53,618 bases of DNA from Octopus bimaculoides. Lineage: Eukaryota. Of the stretch, positions 50,046 through 53,618 are shown one piece after another. The stretch's first letter is position 1, and each line of letters begins with the position of its first letter. The notes beneath the pieces were generated by a model. That model made no database searches. It saw only the letters and a program-made list of their open reading frames with translations, and was not told the DNA's origin. Made by a program: the position numbers and the translations under genes. The DNA lies in contig NC_068990.1 of assembly GCF_001194135.2 (NCBI RefSeq), positions 33,849,469 through 33,903,086 of the forward strand. Reading direction: 5' to 3'.

Positions 50046-50429
50046 ACACAAGTTAATAATAGTTAAATCTGATTGACCAAATTTTTCAACCATGACCATC
50101 CTATCTAATTTTCAGTTATAGTTGATACTACATTTGTTAAGGTACTTTTACCAGTCATTAATGTTCTATACAGGTGAGTATTTATTTATCAACTAAAATA
50201 AACTAGACATTATTAAATGTATTAACAAAAGCATAACACTTTTATGAGTATACTGATATTCCTGAATGAGTACCAGCACTAACAAAGAAACTATTATATC
50301 GCATGCTCAGATGACCTCTACTCAACTACCCCAACGTGTGGGGGGATTAAGCAGCAGAAGATGGGGGCAGGAAGAGAGTAAAGGGTTGTACACCCCAGAA
50401 CAAATGGCATGTTTGGTTATGCCTCACAG

Positions 50430-50700
50430 ATATGATTGCAAAGGCTTTGCCATGGAGAATGGCCAATGACACTCACTGCAGCAGCCAATCCACTTCTCAG
50501 GGTCCATTTCTCAGACAAGACACAATTATACAAATTTTGCAGAGGAAATTAGCTGTGCAGGGTCCAAAAACACCTGAGGTCTTGAAGGTGACAAGCACAG
50601 AGTGCAAGCAGCCAGTCAGGTTCTTGTATTTGTTATCTTTCTCAAAAGCTGATTCATGTAACAATGCTAATCTAAAAGCCAGAAGTATTTCTCCAAGCAG
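50430..50700 (-). mobile_element. Degenerate CRE-like RLE endonuclease C-terminus
   Basis: AFEKDNKYKNL...FKTSGVFGPCTANFLCKI...EVDWLLQ*VSLAILHGKA resembles K..KY..L, ET.G.FGP.A..FL and L.QR.S.A.QRGNA motifs. Confidence 0.55.
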
Positions 50701-50723
50701 TCACAAAGTAAGAAAATCTTCTC

Positions 50724-51122
50724 AGGCGCAGGAGTGGCTCTGTGGTAAGTAGCTTGCTTACCAACCACATGGTTCCGGGTTCTGTCCTACTGCGTGGCAC
50801 CTTGGACAAGTGTCTTCTACTATAGCCTCGGGCCGACCAAAGCCTTGTGAGTGGATTTGGTAGATGGAAACTGAAAGAAGCCCGTCGTATATATATGTAT
50901 ATATATGTGTGTGTGTGTTTTTGTGTCTGTGTTTGTCCCCCCGACATCGCTTGACAACTGATGCTGGTGTGTTTACGTCCCCGTAACTTAGCGGTTCGGC
51001 AAAAGAGACCAATAGAATAAGTACTAGGCTTACAAAGAATAAGTCCAGGGGTCGATTTGTTTGACTAAAGGCGGTGCTCCAGCATGGCCACAGTCAAATG
51101 ACTGAAACAAGTAAAAGAAAAT
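50724..51122 (+). mobile_element. Full-length SINE family A copy
   Basis: Near-identical to 16625-17030, with many CpGs retained. Confidence 0.9.
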
Positions 51123-52309
51123 AAAGGAAGTGTATTGTATATGAGGCTGTAGTATTCATACATCAGAAATATAAGTCAAAAGAAATTGCTTCAAGAAGGA
51201 ATTGAAACTATGTCATGGATTTGGTTTACCAAGAGCATACAGCTAAATGATAAAATTGGCAAAAGTTTGAAATATTAACTAATTAAATTTCATTGCAAGG
51301 CAAATATCTTTAGAGACAATTTACAGAAGAACACATCTGAATAATACCCCACAAGTCTTTTATGATAATAGCCAGCAAATCACCTTCTTCACCTTAGAAG
51401 ATTAATAAGAAGAAGACAATGCTTTGAATCATTCTAGGTTAGAAGTAGTGCAGGGAATGAACATTATCCAGAAGTAACATTTCGAGATAATTATCTCAAA
51501 CAGCTTCTAATGGTAAAATATAAAATATTTCAAACTCTTCCTAAAAGCGCCGTGGTTTCTAAGATTATAGAAATGAACAGTCAATTGTTATTTATATAAT
51601 ATTATACTACAGAGCAGAGTTAGAAGATATCTTCTACGCTTCTTATTCATTTGATCTTCTAAAGAGAATCTTATCTTTTTAATGTGGTTGTGTATTTTTT
51701 TTTTTTCTTCACTATTGCATATCAGCAAGATGAGTATATTGGTACAGACATGTGAAGGAAAAGAAGGGGTTTAAGAAGTTCGTGGCACAGAAGAAAGCAA
51801 AGAAAATATTTGAGATGAAGTATTTAGTAAGATCTTTGAACATTAGGCATCAAAAATTAGATAAGATTCTAGAATAAATAAAAAATACTGCTCTGCAGAT
51901 CTTTCTACAACCTGTAGCAAATTTTACCTAAAAAGTGGAAAAAATCATATTCCATGGCATCCTAGTAAAGAGAACTCATGCCCATTGATTTTATTTATGG
52001 CTGAATTCATTGAGTTAATTCTCTTAACTCCTAATCAGGGTATGTGTGTATATCAACCAGAATACCTAATCATGAACAGCAGCATGAACAACTGACAAAT
52101 AGTAGATATGACACAACCATATTCAGCAGTTAACCAGCTCAGTGGAGGTGATATGACAGCTATTAAAGCTATGTAGCAGCACTCTGTCAATGGTGAAGCA
52201 ACTCAGGGTCTGGAGTTTCATGGTTAGCAGTTTTTACAGTTTTACATTCTTCAGCATCTGTTACAATAACAGAGCAGTAAGAATTTTGTCCAATGAGAAA
52301 ATATTCTTT

Positions 52310-52515
52310 TCTATTCTAAGCACAAAGGCTGAAATTTGGGGAGAGAGGCCAGTCGATTAGATCACTCCCAGTACACAACGGGTACTTAATTTATCGACCC
52401 CGAAAGGATGAAAAGCAAAGTCGACCTCGGTGGAATTTGAACTCAGAATGTAAAGACAGACGAAATAATGCTAAGCATTTTGCCCAGCGTGCTAACATTT
52501 CTGCCAGCTCGCCAC
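52310..52515 (-). mobile_element. SINE family B copy
   Basis: GGTACTTAATTTATCGACCCCGAAAGGATGAAAAGCAAAGTCGACCTCGGTGGAATTTGAACTCAGAA..CTGCCAGCTCGCC. Confidence 0.85.
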
Positions 52516-53091
52516 TTTGCAATGAGAAAATATTGCATTACTTTCTTGTTGAATTCCATTGGAAACATGCATTAGCACCATTTATATGTGCATTAGCAGC
52601 AGACTCAGTTGCATTTTTACACATTAATTATATTATATACACATGCATCTACTTTTGTACCCTTTTTATACATGCACATACACACACATATATATATTTA
52701 TATGTACACATGTATGTATATGCATAGATTTCAGAGTCAGTAGGATCTGATAGCCCTGGCTTTGTCAAGGACGTTGCAGCCTGTCTAGTTCTGGTGTTCA
52801 ATACAATACATCCAATTCACTCCGTAAAGTGTTGGTGTTAAAAAGAGCATAAATCCATAGAAACCATGCTAAACTAAAATTGAGTAGCAAGGTCTGGTTC
52901 TTCAGTCCTGCCTAGGAGAGCAGCAACTCTGAATAAAAAATTCACTCGAATTTTGACAATTCATTTGAAATATACCAACACGGAAAACAGATATAAAATA
53001 GTAATGATGAAATAAAAAAGGCATAGGATCTTGTGGAAAAGGTAATGAACTCACAATCATAAGGTCATTGTTTGACTCTCAGACATGACAT

Positions 53092-53520
53092 TGTAGTAAC
53101 GCCTGCGCATGCGTAGTCTTACGCATGCGTAAAATTAAACAAGCAAGCGTTTCCCGCTCAATTCATACTCTTTCTCGCTGGTCAGCGATTGAGCATGGAC
53201 AGTTGTCATCACGGTTGTTTTGTCATTGTCATTTCATTTACACATTGCATGTTCTGTGTTTTTTCTCACACACACAATTGTGCACTCGTACATTTTCTTT
53301 CCTTTCAGGGAAGACAAACACTCAAGACTTTTACATCGCGTGATTCCAGTTTCCTGGACAGTTGTCATCACGGTTGTTTTGTCATTGTCATTTCATTTAT
53401 ACGTTGCATGCATGTATTTCACAAGTGTACATTACATTTCTTTGATTTTTCTTTGTGTGTGTTTGTACCACATCTTGTGGGTGGTTTTTCAGTGGCCATC
53501 CTGCCTCAGGCGTTCTAACA
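53092..53520. mobile_element. LTR-like unit (TGT...ACA, 14-bp imperfect terminal inverted repeats), 429 bp
   Basis: Starts TGTAGTAACGCCTG and ends CAGGCGTTCTAACA. Internal 45-bp direct repeat at 53196-53240 and 53355-53399. CpG-rich. Confidence 0.6.
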
Positions 53521-53561
53521 GATTTTATTTATCGTGCGTTTCCGCTCTGGCGAGGGAGCTC

Positions 53562-53618
53562 TGTAGTAACGCCTGCGCATGCGTAGTCTTACGCATGCGT
53601 AAAATTAAACAAGCAAGT
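53562..53618. mobile_element. Start of a second copy of the LTR-like unit, cut by the window end
   Basis: TGTAGTAACGCCTGCGCATGCGTAGTCTTACGCATGCGTAAAATTAAACAAGCAAG is identical to 53092 onwards. Confidence 0.85.

Noticed and set aside
50432-50752. 106-aa plus-strand ORF
   Set aside because: It is the antisense frame of a decayed CRE-like element plus a SINE head, with no recognisable domain.
43963-53618. Preceding AGBL4 exon (GNLGRV...WFNF type)
   Set aside because: Not found by eye, so it probably lies beyond the window. The next downstream exon was likewise not found in 1-3764.

Overview
AT-rich, microsatellite-rich animal genomic DNA with three N-gaps (7804-8624, 13155-13774, 22167-22322). 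The repeat families look like those of octopus (inferred from recognition, not a database search). The only host gene I can support is a minus-strand AGBL4/CCP6 cytosolic carboxypeptidase orthologue. It has two exons, 43962-43868 (95 nt) and 3981-3765 (217 nt), which splice in frame across one 39,886-bp intron. The rest is mostly transposon debris: fragments of six retroelement lineages (L1/Tx1, RTE, Jockey/CR1-group, R4/Dong, CRE-like, Penelope), about five tRNA-derived SINE families, mariner, hAT and piggyBac-type MITEs, and a Helentron-like element. Most notable: (1) a minimal Penelope-type hammerhead ribozyme at 22472-22519 lying between about 260-bp inverted arms; (2) a 1.65-kb foldback at 44754-46404 with about 500-bp arms enclosing a Penelope RT fragment; (3) a TG...CA LTR-like unit at 53092-53520 that restarts after a 41-bp spacer. 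SINE family labels A, B, E and F are my own working names. Repeat boundaries are by eye and approximate unless TIRs or TSDs are quoted. Almost all ORFs in the supplied track are microsatellite or repeat artefacts.
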